Source: an uncultured Collinsella sp. (GTDB taxonomy: Bacteria; Actinomycetota; Coriobacteriia; Coriobacteriales; Coriobacteriaceae). Taken from it: a stretch of 64,000 nt of DNA. This document shows, piece after piece, positions 28,243 through 40,266 of this stretch. A model generated the notes under the pieces. That model worked only from the letters and a program-made list of their open reading frames with translations, was not told where the DNA came from and did not search any database. Numbering within the stretch: the stretch's first letter is position 1; every line of letters starts with the position of its first letter. The stretch lies in assembly GCA_900551365.1 (NCBI GenBank), contig URVZ01000001.1:17393-81392 (forward strand), written 5' to 3'. Both the position numbers and the translations under genes were made by a program.

Positions 28243-29051
28243 GTGAGCGCCTGACCGACAACCCCTCGCTCTTTAGACTTCGTGTTCGCTATGGCAAGCG
28301 CGATCGCCTTAAGTACCTGGGCCATCTCGAAGTAATCCATACCATTGAGCGCATCGTGCGCCGTGCGGGACTTCCCTATGCCGTCACGCAGGGCTTCTCT
28401 CCGCACATGCGCGTGGGCTTCTCTTCGGCACTGCCGGTGGGTACGTCGTCGACCTGCGAGTGGTATGACCTGTTTATGACCGAGTTCGTGGCGCTCGACG
28501 AGGCGTTTGGGCGCCTGGCTGCGGCGTCTCCGGCCGATCTGGCGCCCATCGAGGCGGCGTACATCGACGTGCGCACGCCGGCGTTGACGGCGCAGCTCAC
28601 GCGCCTGTCGTATCGCATCGACCTGCACTTGGATCCCGAGGCGCCCGTAAGCGCCGACGAGGTGCGTCGTGCGATCGACACGCTGCGCGCGGGCCACGGC
28701 ATCGACTACGCGCGCGGCAAAAAGAGCAAGCGCTTGGATTTGGATCACACGCTCGTGGGCTATGAGCTCACGGCGGGGGAGCGCCCGGACCATTTGGTTC
28801 TCATGCTCGACACCCATGCCGACAACGAGGGCTCTATGCGTCCGGAAATTTTGCTTTCTGCTGCTGATGTTTTGTTGCAGGGCTTGACCCCGGGCGTGGA
28901 TGCACCTATTGTTTCCACCGGTATGCAAGACCTCGTGACCATCTGCTCCTACGATGTCGAGCGTCAGAATCAAGCATGCGAGGACGACGAGGGCCGACTC
29001 GTCAGCCCCATACCTGTGCGAACTTGTGGATTTGCTCCACATACTCGTTGA
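28239..29051 (+). CDS. TIGR03936 radical SAM-associated protein (DUF2344)
   Basis: 'YLGHLE...RRAGLPYAVTQGFSPH' motif; paired with the previous gene. Confidence 0.88.
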   Translation: MSERLTDNPSLFRLRVRYGKRDRLKYLGHLEVIHTIERIVRRAGLPYAVTQGFSPHMRVGFSSALPVGTSSTCEWYDLFMTEFVALDEAFGRLAAASPADLAPIEAAYIDVRTPALTAQLTRLSYRIDLHLDPEAPVSADEVRRAIDTLRAGHGIDYARGKKSKRLDLDHTLVGYELTAGERPDHLVLMLDTHADNEGSMRPEILLSAADVLLQGLTPGVDAPIVSTGMQDLVTICSYDVERQNQACEDDEGRLVSPIPVRTCGFAPHTR

Positions 29052-29076
29052 CGGGGGTATTTTCGCCTGCTACTAT
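29048..29076 (+). promoter_or_regulatory. Sigma70-type promoter of rplU-rpmA
   Basis: TTGACG-17 nt-TACTAT. Confidence 0.75.
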
Positions 29077-29118
29077 ATTCGGCTGTTGCACTAACTGATG
29101 CATGAAGGGCAAGTAAAC

Positions 29119-29493
29119 ATGTACGCAATCGTTAACACGGGCGGCAAGCAGTACAAGGTCGCCACCGACGATGTCATCACCGTCGAGAAGATCGAGGGCA
29201 ATGAGGGCGACAAGGTCACCCTGCCGGTTATCTTCCTCAACGATGGTAAGAAGATCGTCACCGATCCCGACAAGCTGGCCAAGGCCAAGGTTACCGCTCA
29301 GATCGTTGAGCAGTTCAAGGGCGAGAAGCAGCTGGTCTTCAAGTTCCACAAGCGCAAGCGCTATCGTCGTCTGAAGGGTCACCGTCAGCAGCTCACCAAG
29401 CTGAAGATCGTGAAGGTTCAGGCTACCTCCCGCGCCAAGAAGGCTGTCAAGGCAGAGGCTGAGGCTGTTGCCGAGGCTCCCGTCGCCGAGTAG
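29119..29493 (+). CDS. rplU: 50S ribosomal protein L21
   Basis: 'MYAIVNTGGKQYKV' and 'GHRQ' motifs. Confidence 0.97.
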   Translation: MYAIVNTGGKQYKVATDDVITVEKIEGNEGDKVTLPVIFLNDGKKIVTDPDKLAKAKVTAQIVEQFKGEKQLVFKFHKRKRYRRLKGHRQQLTKLKIVKVQATSRAKKAVKAEAEAVAEAPVAE

Positions 29494-29526
29494 ATTACAC
29501 TCGTAACGAAAGAGTAGGTATACACA

Positions 29527-29784
29527 ATGGCACACAAAAAAGGACTCGGTTCCTCCCGTAATGGCCGTGACTCCCGCGGTCAGCGCCTTGGCACGAAGCG
29601 CTATGCCGGCCAGACGGTAACCACGGGCACGATTCTCGTCCGTCAGCACGGCACGCACATCCACCCGGGTGAGAACGTTGGCCGTGGTAAGGACGACACG
29701 CTGTTCGCGCTGGTCGACGGTACCGTTGAGTTCCACAAGGGTATCAAGCACAGGGTCAGCGTACGCCCGCTCGCGAACGCGTAA
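29527..29784 (+). CDS. rpmA: 50S ribosomal protein L27
   Basis: '[16 protein letters not shown]' N-terminus. Confidence 0.98.
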   Translation: MAHKKGLGSSRNGRDSRGQRLGTKRYAGQTVTTGTILVRQHGTHIHPGENVGRGKDDTLFALVDGTVEFHKGIKHRVSVRPLANA

Positions 29785-29809
29785 TTCACCCTTCATAGAG
29801 CACATATGT

Positions 29810-29853
29810 GGGAGGCACTTGAGTTTTAGGATTCAAGGGTCTCCCTCTTTTTT
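29810..29853 (+). terminator. Terminator-like hairpin between rpmA and obgE
   Basis: GGGAGGCACTTGA...TTCAAGGGTCTCCC followed by a T run. Confidence 0.6.
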
Positions 29854-29857
29854 GTAG

Positions 29858-31336
<1,479 letters not shown>

Positions 31337-31339
31337 GCC

Positions 31340-32017
31340 ATGTCGCTGCGCGGTGGAATCGGTCTGCCCGAGCTTCCTCTAGAGGACGGGCAGGAGTTTA
31401 GGCTCGGCATTATGGGTGGCACCTTTGATCCCATCCATTACGGGCACCTGGTGACCGCCGAGCAGGCGCGCGAGTCGCTCGACTTGGACGCTGTGCTCTT
31501 TATGCCGGCGGGCTCTCCTGCCTTTAAGCTTGACAAGCCGGTGACGCCTGCCGAGGACCGTTATGCCATGACGGTCCTCGCCACCGCCGCGAACCCGGCC
31601 TTTTTGGCGAGCCGGTTCGAGATCGACCGTCCGGGTGTAACCTATACGGCCGATACGCTTCATGCCCTTCGCGACTTTTACCCGTCGCAGGTAAAGCTCT
31701 ACTTTATTACGGGCGCCGATGCGATTATCGATATTGTGACTTGGCATGATGCCGAACGAATCGCTGAGCTTGCTACCTTTATTGCGGCGACGCGACCGGG
31801 CTTTGATATCGATACGGCGCGTGCCCGAATCAAAGAGTCGGGGCTGCCGTTCGACGTGCGCTATATTCAGATTCCGGCGCTGGCGATCAGCTCGACGAAC
31901 ATTCGTAAGCGAGTTGCCCGCGGCATGAGCGTGCGCTATCTTACGAGCGAGTCCGTGCTCGGCTACATTCGCAAACGCAGGCTATATGCCGATTTGGGCC
32001 AAGAAGATTTTGAGTGA
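31340..32017 (+). CDS. nadD: Nicotinate-nucleotide adenylyltransferase
   Basis: 'GGTFDPIHYGH' and 'ISST' motifs. Confidence 0.95.
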   Translation: MSLRGGIGLPELPLEDGQEFRLGIMGGTFDPIHYGHLVTAEQARESLDLDAVLFMPAGSPAFKLDKPVTPAEDRYAMTVLATAANPAFLASRFEIDRPGVTYTADTLHALRDFYPSQVKLYFITGADAIIDIVTWHDAERIAELATFIAATRPGFDIDTARARIKESGLPFDVRYIQIPALAISSTNIRKRVARGMSVRYLTSESVLGYIRKRRLYADLGQEDFE

Positions 32018-32029
32018 TGGGGGTCTACG

Positions 32030-32638
32030 TTGTCGGTAGAGGATCAGTTTGAGGGCGATGAGCGCGCACTGCTCAAGCGCATTCAAGAGCTGCTCGATGT
32101 TCGCATGAAGGATAAGCGCAAGCGCTATGTGCATTCGCTGGGTGTTGCCGAGACCGCACTTCATCTGGCCGAGGTCTACGGCGTTGACCGCTTTGATGCC
32201 GCTGCCGCCGGCTTGATCCACGACTGGGACAAAGTGCTCTCCGACGACGAGCTGGTCACGCGCGCTCTGCATTACGGCATTAAGATTGCCGGCTCTCCTT
32301 CCGCCGCGACGCCGCTTTTGCATGGCCCTGTTGCCGCCTATGAACTTCCGCAGCTTTTTCCCGAACTGTCGCCGGCCGTTTTCCAGGCTGTCGACCGTCA
32401 TACCGTGGGCGCTTGCGACATGACGCCGCTCGATATGGTGGTCTTTGTGGCCGATGCCATCGAGCCCAACCGCCACGGCGACTATGCGCATGCGCTGCGC
32501 AAGATGGTGGGGGAGTCGTCGCTCGACGAGTTGTTCTTCTCCTGTTTTGCGCAGGGTTTGGTCTATGTGATCCAGTCCGGGCGCTATCTTTATCCCACGG
32601 CTATTTCGATTTACAACCATTACGCCCAGCTGCGCTAG
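32030..32638 (+). CDS. yqeK: HD-domain Ap4A hydrolase YqeK
   Basis: 'HSLGVA', 'IHDWDK', 'HT.G' and 'ADAIEP' motifs; follows nadD. Confidence 0.88.
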   Translation: MSVEDQFEGDERALLKRIQELLDVRMKDKRKRYVHSLGVAETALHLAEVYGVDRFDAAAAGLIHDWDKVLSDDELVTRALHYGIKIAGSPSAATPLLHGPVAAYELPQLFPELSPAVFQAVDRHTVGACDMTPLDMVVFVADAIEPNRHGDYAHALRKMVGESSLDELFFSCFAQGLVYVIQSGRYLYPTAISIYNHYAQLR

Positions 32639-32665
32639 CTCGGGCTGTCTAGAAAGAGGTATTCC

Positions 32666-33121
32666 ATGGCCGACGAGACCATGACCGACGAGCAGATTCT
32701 TGAACATGTGGAGCACAAGAGCTTCGTCGCCACGTCCGACCGCACTGCCGCCTCGCTGTCCGCGAGCGGTGTCGCTGCCGAGGATGTCGCCCGCGCCGCC
32801 GCGCAGGCCGCCTACGACAAGAAGGGCGAGGACGTTCAGGTGCTCGACCTGACCGAGCTTTCCGACGTATGCGACTACTTTGTGCTTGCCACCGGTACCA
32901 ACAACCGCCAGGTCGATTCTATCGTCGATGAGATCGAGGAGAAGGTCGCCGAGGCTTGCGGCGAGCACCCGTTCTCCATCGAGGGTCGCGAGCAGAAGAC
33001 CTGGATGCTCATGGACTACGGCTCGGTTGTCGTCCACGTCTTCACTCCCGAAGCCCGCGACTTCTACCGCCTAGAAAAACTCTGGGGCGACGCCCCCCAG
33101 CTCCCCCTCAACCTCCTCTAG
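32666..33121 (+). CDS. rsfS: Ribosome silencing factor RsfS
   Basis: 'DKKGED', 'DYFVLATG' and 'WMLMDYGSVVVHVF...FYRLEKLW' motifs. Confidence 0.95.
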   Translation: MADETMTDEQILEHVEHKSFVATSDRTAASLSASGVAAEDVARAAAQAAYDKKGEDVQVLDLTELSDVCDYFVLATGTNNRQVDSIVDEIEEKVAEACGEHPFSIEGREQKTWMLMDYGSVVVHVFTPEARDFYRLEKLWGDAPQLPLNLL

Positions 33122-33215
33122 TGGCTCATTTGAGACGGGGTTTAGCTACCCTCACGCATATCGCCGGGCAGTTGCGGTTTTCCGCACCTACCCGGCTTTC
33201 TTTTTGCCTCAGGGA

Positions 33216-34469
33216 CTAATCGTTGAAGCGGGATTGGCGGCCGAAGGATAGGGCGGTGTCGCCGAACTTGTCTCGGACGGCGTCGATGGTGACGGAGAGG
33301 TCGCGGCGGTCGCTGGATTGGGCTCCGCGGTCATCGATCTCGCAGAACAGGTCGGTCTGGATGCCGCCTTGGTGGTCGAAGTCGCTCATGCCGATGCCCG
33401 CTAAGCGAACATGCATGCCTTCCTGCCAGATGTTGTCGAGCAGTTCGAGTGCAACCGCCACGAAGATGTTCTCATCGTCGGTCGGATGAGGCAGCCGGCG
33501 CTGTGCCGTACGCCCGCTGCCATACGAATACTTGAGCTTGAGCGTCACCGTGGCGCCTGTTAGTCCCTGACGGCGCAGGCGGCGTCCCACTGACTCGCCC
33601 AACAGCGCAATCGCCGCCTCAATATCCCCACGCTCAGTCAAATCTTTCGCAAAGGTGCGTTCATTGCTGACCGACTTGACCTCGCGCTCTTCATCGAGAC
33701 TCGTGACTTCGGAGATTTCGAGTCCCAGCGCACGCTGGCGCATGCGTTCGCCGTTGACGCCAAAAATAGAGGACAAGGTGGATTCCGGTGCACGTGATAG
33801 CTCGCCGAGGGTGTAGATGCGCATGCGGCGCAGTCGCTCCTCGGCCGAGCGCCCGATGCCGCTCATGGCAGATACCGGCAGCGCGGCCAAAAAGCGCTGC
33901 TCGGTTCCGGGGCGCACGATGGTCAGCCCAAACGGCTTATCCCGCTCGCTTGCGATCTTTGCGACCGTCTTGTTGCAGCCCACGCCAATGGAGCAGGTCA
34001 CTCCCAGCCCTGCCACGCGGTCGCTTATACGCCGCGCAACCAGCAGCGGGTCTTCGGGCGCAAAGCGACCCGGTGTGATATCGATAAAGGCTTCGTCGAT
34101 GGATACGCGCTCAACGCGCGGGGTCTCGTCGGCGAGAATCGCCATGACCTGCGCGCTGACCTCGCGGTAGCGATTAAAATGCCCGTGCGTCCAAATGGCT
34201 TGCGGGCACAAGTGCCGCGCTTCGGCCGAGGCCATGGCAGAGTGCACGCCAAAGCGACGTGCCTCATACGAACACGTGGACACGACGCCACGCGAATCGG
34301 CGTCTCCGCCCACGATGAGCGGTTTTCCGCGCCATTCGGGATGGTCGAGCATCTCCACGCTCGCAAAAAACGCATCGAGGTCCATGAGGCCCACCGCCGG
34401 ACCCGTCCAGGGAGGCGGCGTGACGCCCATGGCATCCTCATAACCGTATGTATGTTCGCGTCTTTCCAT
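33216..34469 (-). CDS. dinB: DNA polymerase IV (Y family)
   Basis: 'DLDAFFASVE', 'SYEAR' and 'SIDEAF' motifs. Confidence 0.95.
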   Translation of the reverse strand: MERREHTYGYEDAMGVTPPPWTGPAVGLMDLDAFFASVEMLDHPEWRGKPLIVGGDADSRGVVSTCSYEARRFGVHSAMASAEARHLCPQAIWTHGHFNRYREVSAQVMAILADETPRVERVSIDEAFIDITPGRFAPEDPLLVARRISDRVAGLGVTCSIGVGCNKTVAKIASERDKPFGLTIVRPGTEQRFLAALPVSAMSGIGRSAEERLRRMRIYTLGELSRAPESTLSSIFGVNGERMRQRALGLEISEVTSLDEEREVKSVSNERTFAKDLTERGDIEAAIALLGESVGRRLRRQGLTGATVTLKLKYSYGSGRTAQRRLPHPTDDENIFVAVALELLDNIWQEGMHVRLAGIGMSDFDHQGGIQTDLFCEIDDRGAQSSDRRDLSVTIDAVRDKFGDTALSFGRQSRFND

Positions 34470-34670
34470 GTCATGAGTATACCGCGCAGCTCATGTGGGG
34501 TGCGTGTATGTGCTTGCAAATCCCGAATTCTTGTCTAAGATATGGATTTGCCCTCGACTACACCGAAGAAGTTGGTCTCACGGACTTCACCTGCCCGCGT
34601 CGATGGCGTATTATGTTCAACTGTTTGTTTGTAGTTGCAGCCTAAAGCTGCTTGGTTGGAGGAGTTTCCT

Positions 34671-35012
34671 TTGGCAGTCAAGATTCGCCTTGCTCGTCAC
34701 GGCGCTAAGAAGCGTCCGTACTACCGTGTCGTCGTCGCCGATTCCCGCGCCCCGCGTGACGGTCGTATCATCGAGGAGGTTGGCCGCTACAACCCGATGA
34801 CCGCCCCCAAGACCATCAACCTCGACCTCGAGAAGATCGCCGACTGGCAGTCCAAGGGCGCTCAGCTCACCGACGCCGTCGCCGCTCTGGTCAAGGCCGC
34901 CAACGAGGGCGAGAAGACCGAGACCGTCGTCAAGAAGTCCAAGAAGCAGCTCGCCAAAGAGGCCGAGGCCGCTAAGGCTGCCGCTGAGGCCGCTGAGGGC
35001 GCCGAGGAGTAA
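34671..35012 (+). CDS. rpsP: 30S ribosomal protein S16
   Basis: TTG start after GGAGGAG; '[30 protein letters not shown]'. Confidence 0.96.
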   Translation: MAVKIRLARHGAKKRPYYRVVVADSRAPRDGRIIEEVGRYNPMTAPKTINLDLEKIADWQSKGAQLTDAVAALVKAANEGEKTETVVKKSKKQLAKEAEAAKAAAEAAEGAEE

Positions 35013-35015
35013 ATC

Positions 35016-35300
35016 GTGCCTGAGGTTGACGCTGCACAGCTCGAGGGTGAGGCAATGCTCTCAGATCGCATCGCCGATCTCGTCGAATATCTCGTTGTTC
35101 AGATCGTCGACGACCCGGATTCCGTGAGCCTTGAGGTCATCGACGGTGACGACGCCTCCACGATTGAGGTTTCGGTTGCCGAGGATGACGTCGCTAAGGT
35201 CATCGGCCGTCGTGGCCGTACCATCAAGGCCATTCGCACGCTCGCCCGTGCACTGGCCGCTCGCCTCGACACTGCAGTCGAGGTAGAGGTTCTGGGCTAG
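35016..35300 (+). CDS. khpA: KH-domain RNA-binding protein KhpA
   Basis: 'KVIGRRGRTIKAIR' motif; lies between rpsP and rimM. Confidence 0.9.
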   Translation: MPEVDAAQLEGEAMLSDRIADLVEYLVVQIVDDPDSVSLEVIDGDDASTIEVSVAEDDVAKVIGRRGRTIKAIRTLARALAARLDTAVEVEVLG

Positions 35301-35304
35301 GACC

Positions 35305-35826
35305 TTGAGGTCCCAGTACAAAAACATCGCCCGTGTGGTCAAGCCGCACGGAAGGAAGGGGGAGGTCCTCGCGCAGCCGCTGCGGGGGCTTCCTTCTGTA
35401 TTGACGCCGGGTATGCGCGTCGCCTTGACGCCACCGGCGCTCAAGCGCGACCGTTTTTGCACGGTCGTATCCGTCACCGATACGGGCGATGGCGATCTGG
35501 TCTCGTTTGAGGGCATTGACGACTTGACGGCCGCCGAGGGCATCACGGGATGCTACGTGCTGGCAAATCGTGACGACTTTGAGCTCGATTCGCTTGACGC
35601 CGCCTATACCGATCTGATGGGTCGCGAGGTGGTCGACGAGCGTTTCGGTTCGCTCGGCACGATCGTCGAGATCATGTCGACGCCCGCCAACGATGTTTGG
35701 GTTGTCGAGGGTGATCGGTACGGCGAGGTACTGATTCCCGTGATCGAGCAGGTCGTGCTCGATCTTCCCGACACAGGAACAATTTCCGTCCACGTTATGG
35801 ACGGCCTGATCGATATGGACAAGTAG
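35305..35826 (+). CDS. rimM: Ribosome maturation factor RimM
   Basis: 'VVKPHGRKGE', 'PANDVW' and 'LIP' motifs. Confidence 0.92.
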   Translation: MRSQYKNIARVVKPHGRKGEVLAQPLRGLPSVLTPGMRVALTPPALKRDRFCTVVSVTDTGDGDLVSFEGIDDLTAAEGITGCYVLANRDDFELDSLDAAYTDLMGREVVDERFGSLGTIVEIMSTPANDVWVVEGDRYGEVLIPVIEQVVLDLPDTGTISVHVMDGLIDMDK

Positions 35827-35836
35827 GGAGGACAAC

Positions 35837-36595
35837 ATGCTGATCGAGACCCTTTCGGTCTTTCCCGAGATGTTTGAGCCCGTCATGTCCACATCGATCT
35901 TGGGCCGCGCCCGCAAGGCCGGCCTTTTTGATTTTAAGGCGTATAACCTGCGCGACTGGACGCACGACCGCCATCGTACCGTCGATGACGAGCCGTACGG
36001 CGGCGGGCAGGGCATGCTCATGAAGGTCGAGCCTATCGCAGAGGCCATCGAGGCCATTAGCGCAGAGGGTCCCAAGCCCACGGTTGTGTTCTTCACCCCC
36101 TGTGGCGAGCCCTTTACGCAGCATGTGGCCGAGCGCCTGCTCAAAAGTGAGCGCCTGTTGTTTGTGTGCAGTCGCTACGAGGGCGTCGACGAGCGTGCGT
36201 ATGCGTATGCCGATGAGCGTCTGTCGATCGGCGACTATGTGCTCACGGGCGGCGAGCTCCCCGCCATGGTCGTGGCCGATGCTGTTGTTCGCCTCATCCC
36301 CGGCGCTCTGGGAGATGAGATGAGCAACGTCGACGAGTCCTTCTCGACCGCCGAGGACGGAGGACTGCTCGAGTACGCGCAGTACACCCGCCCCGCCGAG
36401 TTCAACGGCGAGGGCGTGCCGCCGGTGCTTGTGAGCGGCGATCACGCCAAGGTCGATGCCTGGCGTCGCAAGAACGCCATCGAGCGCACCTGCCGCTGGC
36501 GTCCCGATCTGATCGAGACGGCACGGCTTACGCCCGAGGAGCGCGCATACGCGCAAGAGATTCTGGACGCGTCGTATTCGCAGAGCGAGGAGTGA
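35837..36595 (+). CDS. trmD: tRNA (guanine-N1)-methyltransferase
   Basis: 'VDDEPYGGG', 'RYEGVDER' and 'SIGDYVLTGGE' motifs. Confidence 0.97.
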   Translation: MLIETLSVFPEMFEPVMSTSILGRARKAGLFDFKAYNLRDWTHDRHRTVDDEPYGGGQGMLMKVEPIAEAIEAISAEGPKPTVVFFTPCGEPFTQHVAERLLKSERLLFVCSRYEGVDERAYAYADERLSIGDYVLTGGELPAMVVADAVVRLIPGALGDEMSNVDESFSTAEDGGLLEYAQYTRPAEFNGEGVPPVLVSGDHAKVDAWRRKNAIERTCRWRPDLIETARLTPEERAYAQEILDASYSQSEE

Positions 36596-37161
36596 GAATG
36601 GTTCCTTCGCAGCATTCCGTGCTAAAGGGTGCGTTTGAGTGGATCGTGGTCGTCGCGATCGCACTGGTCGCCACCTTCTTGATTCGCTCGTTTGTGGTCG
36701 AACCCTTTGTGGTGCCCACCGGCTCCATGGAATCCACGATCGAGATCGGCGACCAGATCCTGGCGCAAAAGGTGAGCCTCGAGCTCGGCCAGCCCGTCAG
36801 CCAAGGCGATATCGTGGTGTTCCACAACCCCGATGGCACCTCCGAGCATGATGTTCTCGTCAAGCGTGTTATTGCCACGGCCGGCCAGACGGTCGACCTT
36901 CAGGACGGCAAGGTGGTCGTTGACGGCCAGGCGCTCGACGAGGGCTACACGACAGGCATGAGCTGGCCGCTCTCGGTCCAGGCTCCCGGCGCTCAGGTAA
37001 GTTATCCCTACACCGTTCCCGACGGGTGTGTGTGGGTGATGGGCGACAACCGCGAAAACTCTGCCGACTCGCGCTACTTTGGCCCCGTCGATCGCTCTGA
37101 TTTGATCGCCGTGGCGCTCGTGCGCTACTGGCCGCTCAACCGCATCGGCGCTATCGATTAA
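36592..37161 (+). CDS. lepB: Signal peptidase I
   Basis: 'PTGSMEST', 'VKRVI' and '[11 protein letters not shown]' motifs. Confidence 0.94.
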   Translation: MRMVPSQHSVLKGAFEWIVVVAIALVATFLIRSFVVEPFVVPTGSMESTIEIGDQILAQKVSLELGQPVSQGDIVVFHNPDGTSEHDVLVKRVIATAGQTVDLQDGKVVVDGQALDEGYTTGMSWPLSVQAPGAQVSYPYTVPDGCVWVMGDNRENSADSRYFGPVDRSDLIAVALVRYWPLNRIGAID

Positions 37162-37220
37162 AAACCGCTATAGTACAGTACCTAACCGTGTATTCGTTTC
37201 GACGAGGGGATATTAGAGGC

Positions 37221-38132
37221 ATGAACGCTTCATCGCTTTCCTTCCAAGACATCATCCTGCGCCTCCAGCAGTACTGGGGCGAGCAGGGCTGCGTCATTAT
37301 GCAGCCCTATGACTCCGAGGTCGGTGCCGGTACCTTCCACACCGCGACCACGCTGCGCTCGCTCGGTCCCGCCGAGTGGCGCACCTGCTATGCTCAGCCT
37401 TGCCGCCGTCCCGCCGACGGCCGCTACGGCGAGAACCCCAACCGCATGCAGCACTACTATCAGTTCCAGGTGCTCATCAAGCCGTCGCCGGTCAACGCCC
37501 AGGAGCTTTACCTGGGGTCTCTTGCCGCTATCGGTCTGGACCCCAACGACCATGACGTCCGTTTTGTCGAGGACGACTGGGAGAGCCCGACCCTGGGCGC
37601 CTGGGGCCTTGGCTGGGAGGTCTGGCTCAACGGCATGGAGGTCACGCAGTTTACGTACTTCCAGCAGGTGGGCGGCATCGAGGTCGACCCTGTGCCCGTC
37701 GAGATCACCTATGGTCTGGAGCGCATCGCCATGTACGCCCAGGGCGTCAACTCCGTCTACGACCTGGTGTGGAGCTATCTGCCCGATGGCACGCCGATGA
37801 CCTATGGCGACGTGTTCCTGGAGAACGAGCGTGAGTTTAGCGCCTACAACTTTGAGGTCGCCAACGTCGAGATGATGCGTCAGAAGTTTGACGACTACGA
37901 GGCCGAGTGCCACTCCTGCCTTGAGCGCAAGCTGCCGCTGCCCGCGTATGACTGCGTCATGAAGTGCAGCCATGCCTTCAACCTGCTCGATGCCCGCGGC
38001 GCCCTTTCCGCGGTCGAGCGTGCCAACTACATCCTGCGCGTCCGCGCCGTCGCCAAGGCGTGCTGCGAGGCCTACATGGCCGAGGTCGCCGGAGTCAACG
38101 AGAATGCCGACCAGGAAGGCGAGGTGGCGTAA
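37221..38132 (+). CDS. glyQ: Glycine-tRNA ligase alpha subunit
   Basis: 'GAGTFH', '[10 protein letters not shown]' and 'EITYGLER' motifs. Confidence 0.97.
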   Translation: MNASSLSFQDIILRLQQYWGEQGCVIMQPYDSEVGAGTFHTATTLRSLGPAEWRTCYAQPCRRPADGRYGENPNRMQHYYQFQVLIKPSPVNAQELYLGSLAAIGLDPNDHDVRFVEDDWESPTLGAWGLGWEVWLNGMEVTQFTYFQQVGGIEVDPVPVEITYGLERIAMYAQGVNSVYDLVWSYLPDGTPMTYGDVFLENEREFSAYNFEVANVEMMRQKFDDYEAECHSCLERKLPLPAYDCVMKCSHAFNLLDARGALSAVERANYILRVRAVAKACCEAYMAEVAGVNENADQEGEVA

Positions 38133-38135
38133 GCC

Positions 38136-40232
38136 ATGGCAGACGCTAAGGATTTCCTGTTTGAGATCGGTACGGAGGAGATGCCCTCCGCGCCGCTGAA
38201 CAATGCCGTCAAGCAGCTTGGCTCCATGATTGCCAAGGGTCTCGACGAGGCCGGTCTGGCCCACGGCGAGGTCCGTGTGATCTCGAGCCCGCGCCGCCTG
38301 GCTGCGCTCGTGGCTAACGTCGCCACCGCGACCGATGAAGTCCATGAGGTCAAGCGTGGCCCCTCGGCCAACATTGCCTTCGACGCTGACGGTAACGCCA
38401 CCAAGGCCGCCCAGGGCTTCGCCCGCAAGTGCGGTGTGGCTGCCGAGGACCTGGTCCGTCGCGAGGATACCGACGGCCGCGAGTACGTGTTCGCCGAGAA
38501 GAACATTCCCTCCGCACCGGCTACGCCGATTCTGACCGCTCTGTGCGAGAAGACCATCGCCGGTCTGCAGTGGCCCAACTACCGCTCCCAGCGCTGGGGC
38601 CACGAGCACGCCACGTTCGTGCGTCCGGTCCGTTGGATCTGCTGCCTTCTGGGCGAGGACGTTGTGCCCGTGTCGTTTGCCGACGTGACGAGTGGCAACA
38701 CCACGCGTGGTCATCGCGTGCTTGGCCCCGGTGACCATGTGGTCGCCAGCCCCGCCGTCTACGAGCAGGTGCTCGAGGACGCCGGCGTGCTTTCTGCCGA
38801 GCGCCGTCGCGAGGCCATCCTTGCCGGTATCGCCGAGGTCGAGGCTGCCCGTCCCGGCTGCCATGTCGATACGCCCAAGAAGGTCTTTGAGGAGGTCATC
38901 AACCTCTGCGAGTGGCCGACGGTGCTCGTCGGGACCTTCGATGAGGAGTTCCTCAAGGTCCCGCACGAGATCATCTGCGAGTCCATGCTCACCAACCAGC
39001 GCTACTTCCCGATCTATGACGGCGAGGGCAAGCTCACGCGTGAGTTCGTGGTCGTCTCCAACAGCAAGCCCGAGAACGCCGAGCGCGTGATCGACGGCAA
39101 CGAGCGCGTTGTGCGTGCCCGTCTGGACGATGCCAAGTTCTTCTACGAGGAGGACCTGAAGATCTCCCTCGACGAGTTCCGCGAGCGTCTGGCCAAGGTC
39201 GCCTTCCAGGAGAAGCTCGGTAGCGTGCTCGCCAAGTCCGAGCGCATCGAGCAGCTCGCGCTCGCTATTGCCCGTGAGGCACACCTGGGTGCTCACCTGG
39301 CAGCCGATGCCGCTCGCGCCGCGCACCTGTGCAAGGCCGACTTGGTATCCAACGCCGTCGTCGAGTTCACGAGCCAGCAGGGCGTGATGGGCGGTTACTA
39401 CGCCACCGCGATGGGGGAGAACGATGAGGTCGCCCACGCCATTCGCGATCATTATCGTCCCCGCTTTGCCGGTGACGAGCTGCCCGAGGGCACCGCTGGC
39501 TGCATCGTGGCCTGCGCCGACAAGCTCGATACCATCGCCGGTATCTTTGCCATTGGCGAGCCCCCGACCGGCTCCTCCGATCCCTACGCGCTGCGTCGTG
39601 CCGCTATCGGCATCATCAACATCCTGCGCGACCGTCTGCCGATCGATCCCACGTCGCTTATCGACTTTGCCCTTGAGCTCTATAGCGAGCAGGGTATCGA
39701 GTTCGACGCCGCCGAGGTCGCTCAGCAGGTTCGCGACTTCTTCCACGGCCGTCTGGTGAGCATGGCCCGCGACGAAAAGATCCCGGCCGATACCGTTGCC
39801 GCCGTCTCCGCGGTGCACATCATCGCCCCGTCCGTCTTCTTCGCCCGCTGCGCCGCCCTCGACGAGGCCCGCAAGAACGACGCTGAGACGTTCGATAACC
39901 TGGCGACCGCCTATGCCCGCGCCGCGCACATCTCCAAGCCCGAGCTGGGCGCGGAGTACGACCGCGCCCTGATGGGCGAGGTCGAGCTCGCGCTTGCCGA
40001 TGCCTCCGAGGCTGCTCAGACCGCTGTCGACGCCGCCCTTGCTGCCGAGGATTACCCGGCCGCATTTGCCGCCCTTGCCGCCCTGCGCGCCCCCATCGAC
40101 CGCTTCTTCGACGAGGTCATGGTCATGGATAAGGACGAGCAGCTTCGCGATAATCGCCTTAAGCTGCTCAACCGCTTCGAGGCCGTTTTCTCCGGCATCG
40201 CAAACATCGGTGAGCTTGCTCGCAAAAAGTAA
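38136..40232 (+). CDS. glyS: Glycine-tRNA ligase beta subunit
   Basis: 'FEIGTEEMP', 'GNERVVRARLDDA' and 'PTGSSDPYALRR' motifs. Confidence 0.96.
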   Translation: MADAKDFLFEIGTEEMPSAPLNNAVKQLGSMIAKGLDEAGLAHGEVRVISSPRRLAALVANVATATDEVHEVKRGPSANIAFDADGNATKAAQGFARKCGVAAEDLVRREDTDGREYVFAEKNIPSAPATPILTALCEKTIAGLQWPNYRSQRWGHEHATFVRPVRWICCLLGEDVVPVSFADVTSGNTTRGHRVLGPGDHVVASPAVYEQVLEDAGVLSAERRREAILAGIAEVEAARPGCHVDTPKKVFEEVINLCEWPTVLVGTFDEEFLKVPHEIICESMLTNQRYFPIYDGEGKLTREFVVVSNSKPENAERVIDGNERVVRARLDDAKFFYEEDLKISLDEFRERLAKVAFQEKLGSVLAKSERIEQLALAIAREAHLGAHLAADAARAAHLCKADLVSNAVVEFTSQQGVMGGYYATAMGENDEVAHAIRDHYRPRFAGDELPEGTAGCIVACADKLDTIAGIFAIGEPPTGSSDPYALRRAAIGIINILRDRLPIDPTSLIDFALELYSEQGIEFDAAEVAQQVRDFFHGRLVSMARDEKIPADTVAAVSAVHIIAPSVFFARCAALDEARKNDAETFDNLATAYARAAHISKPELGAEYDRALMGEVELALADASEAAQTAVDAALAAEDYPAAFAALAALRAPIDRFFDEVMVMDKDEQLRDNRLKLLNRFEAVFSGIANIGELARKK

Positions 40233-40266
40233 GCCAGCCTGCGCATAAGCGCAAAAGGAGCCCCGC

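Noticed and set aside
34597..34622. dif site (TTATGTTCAACT resembles a XerD arm)
   Set aside because: There is no convincing XerC arm, and it is better explained as the TATTAT -10 element of the rpsP promoter.
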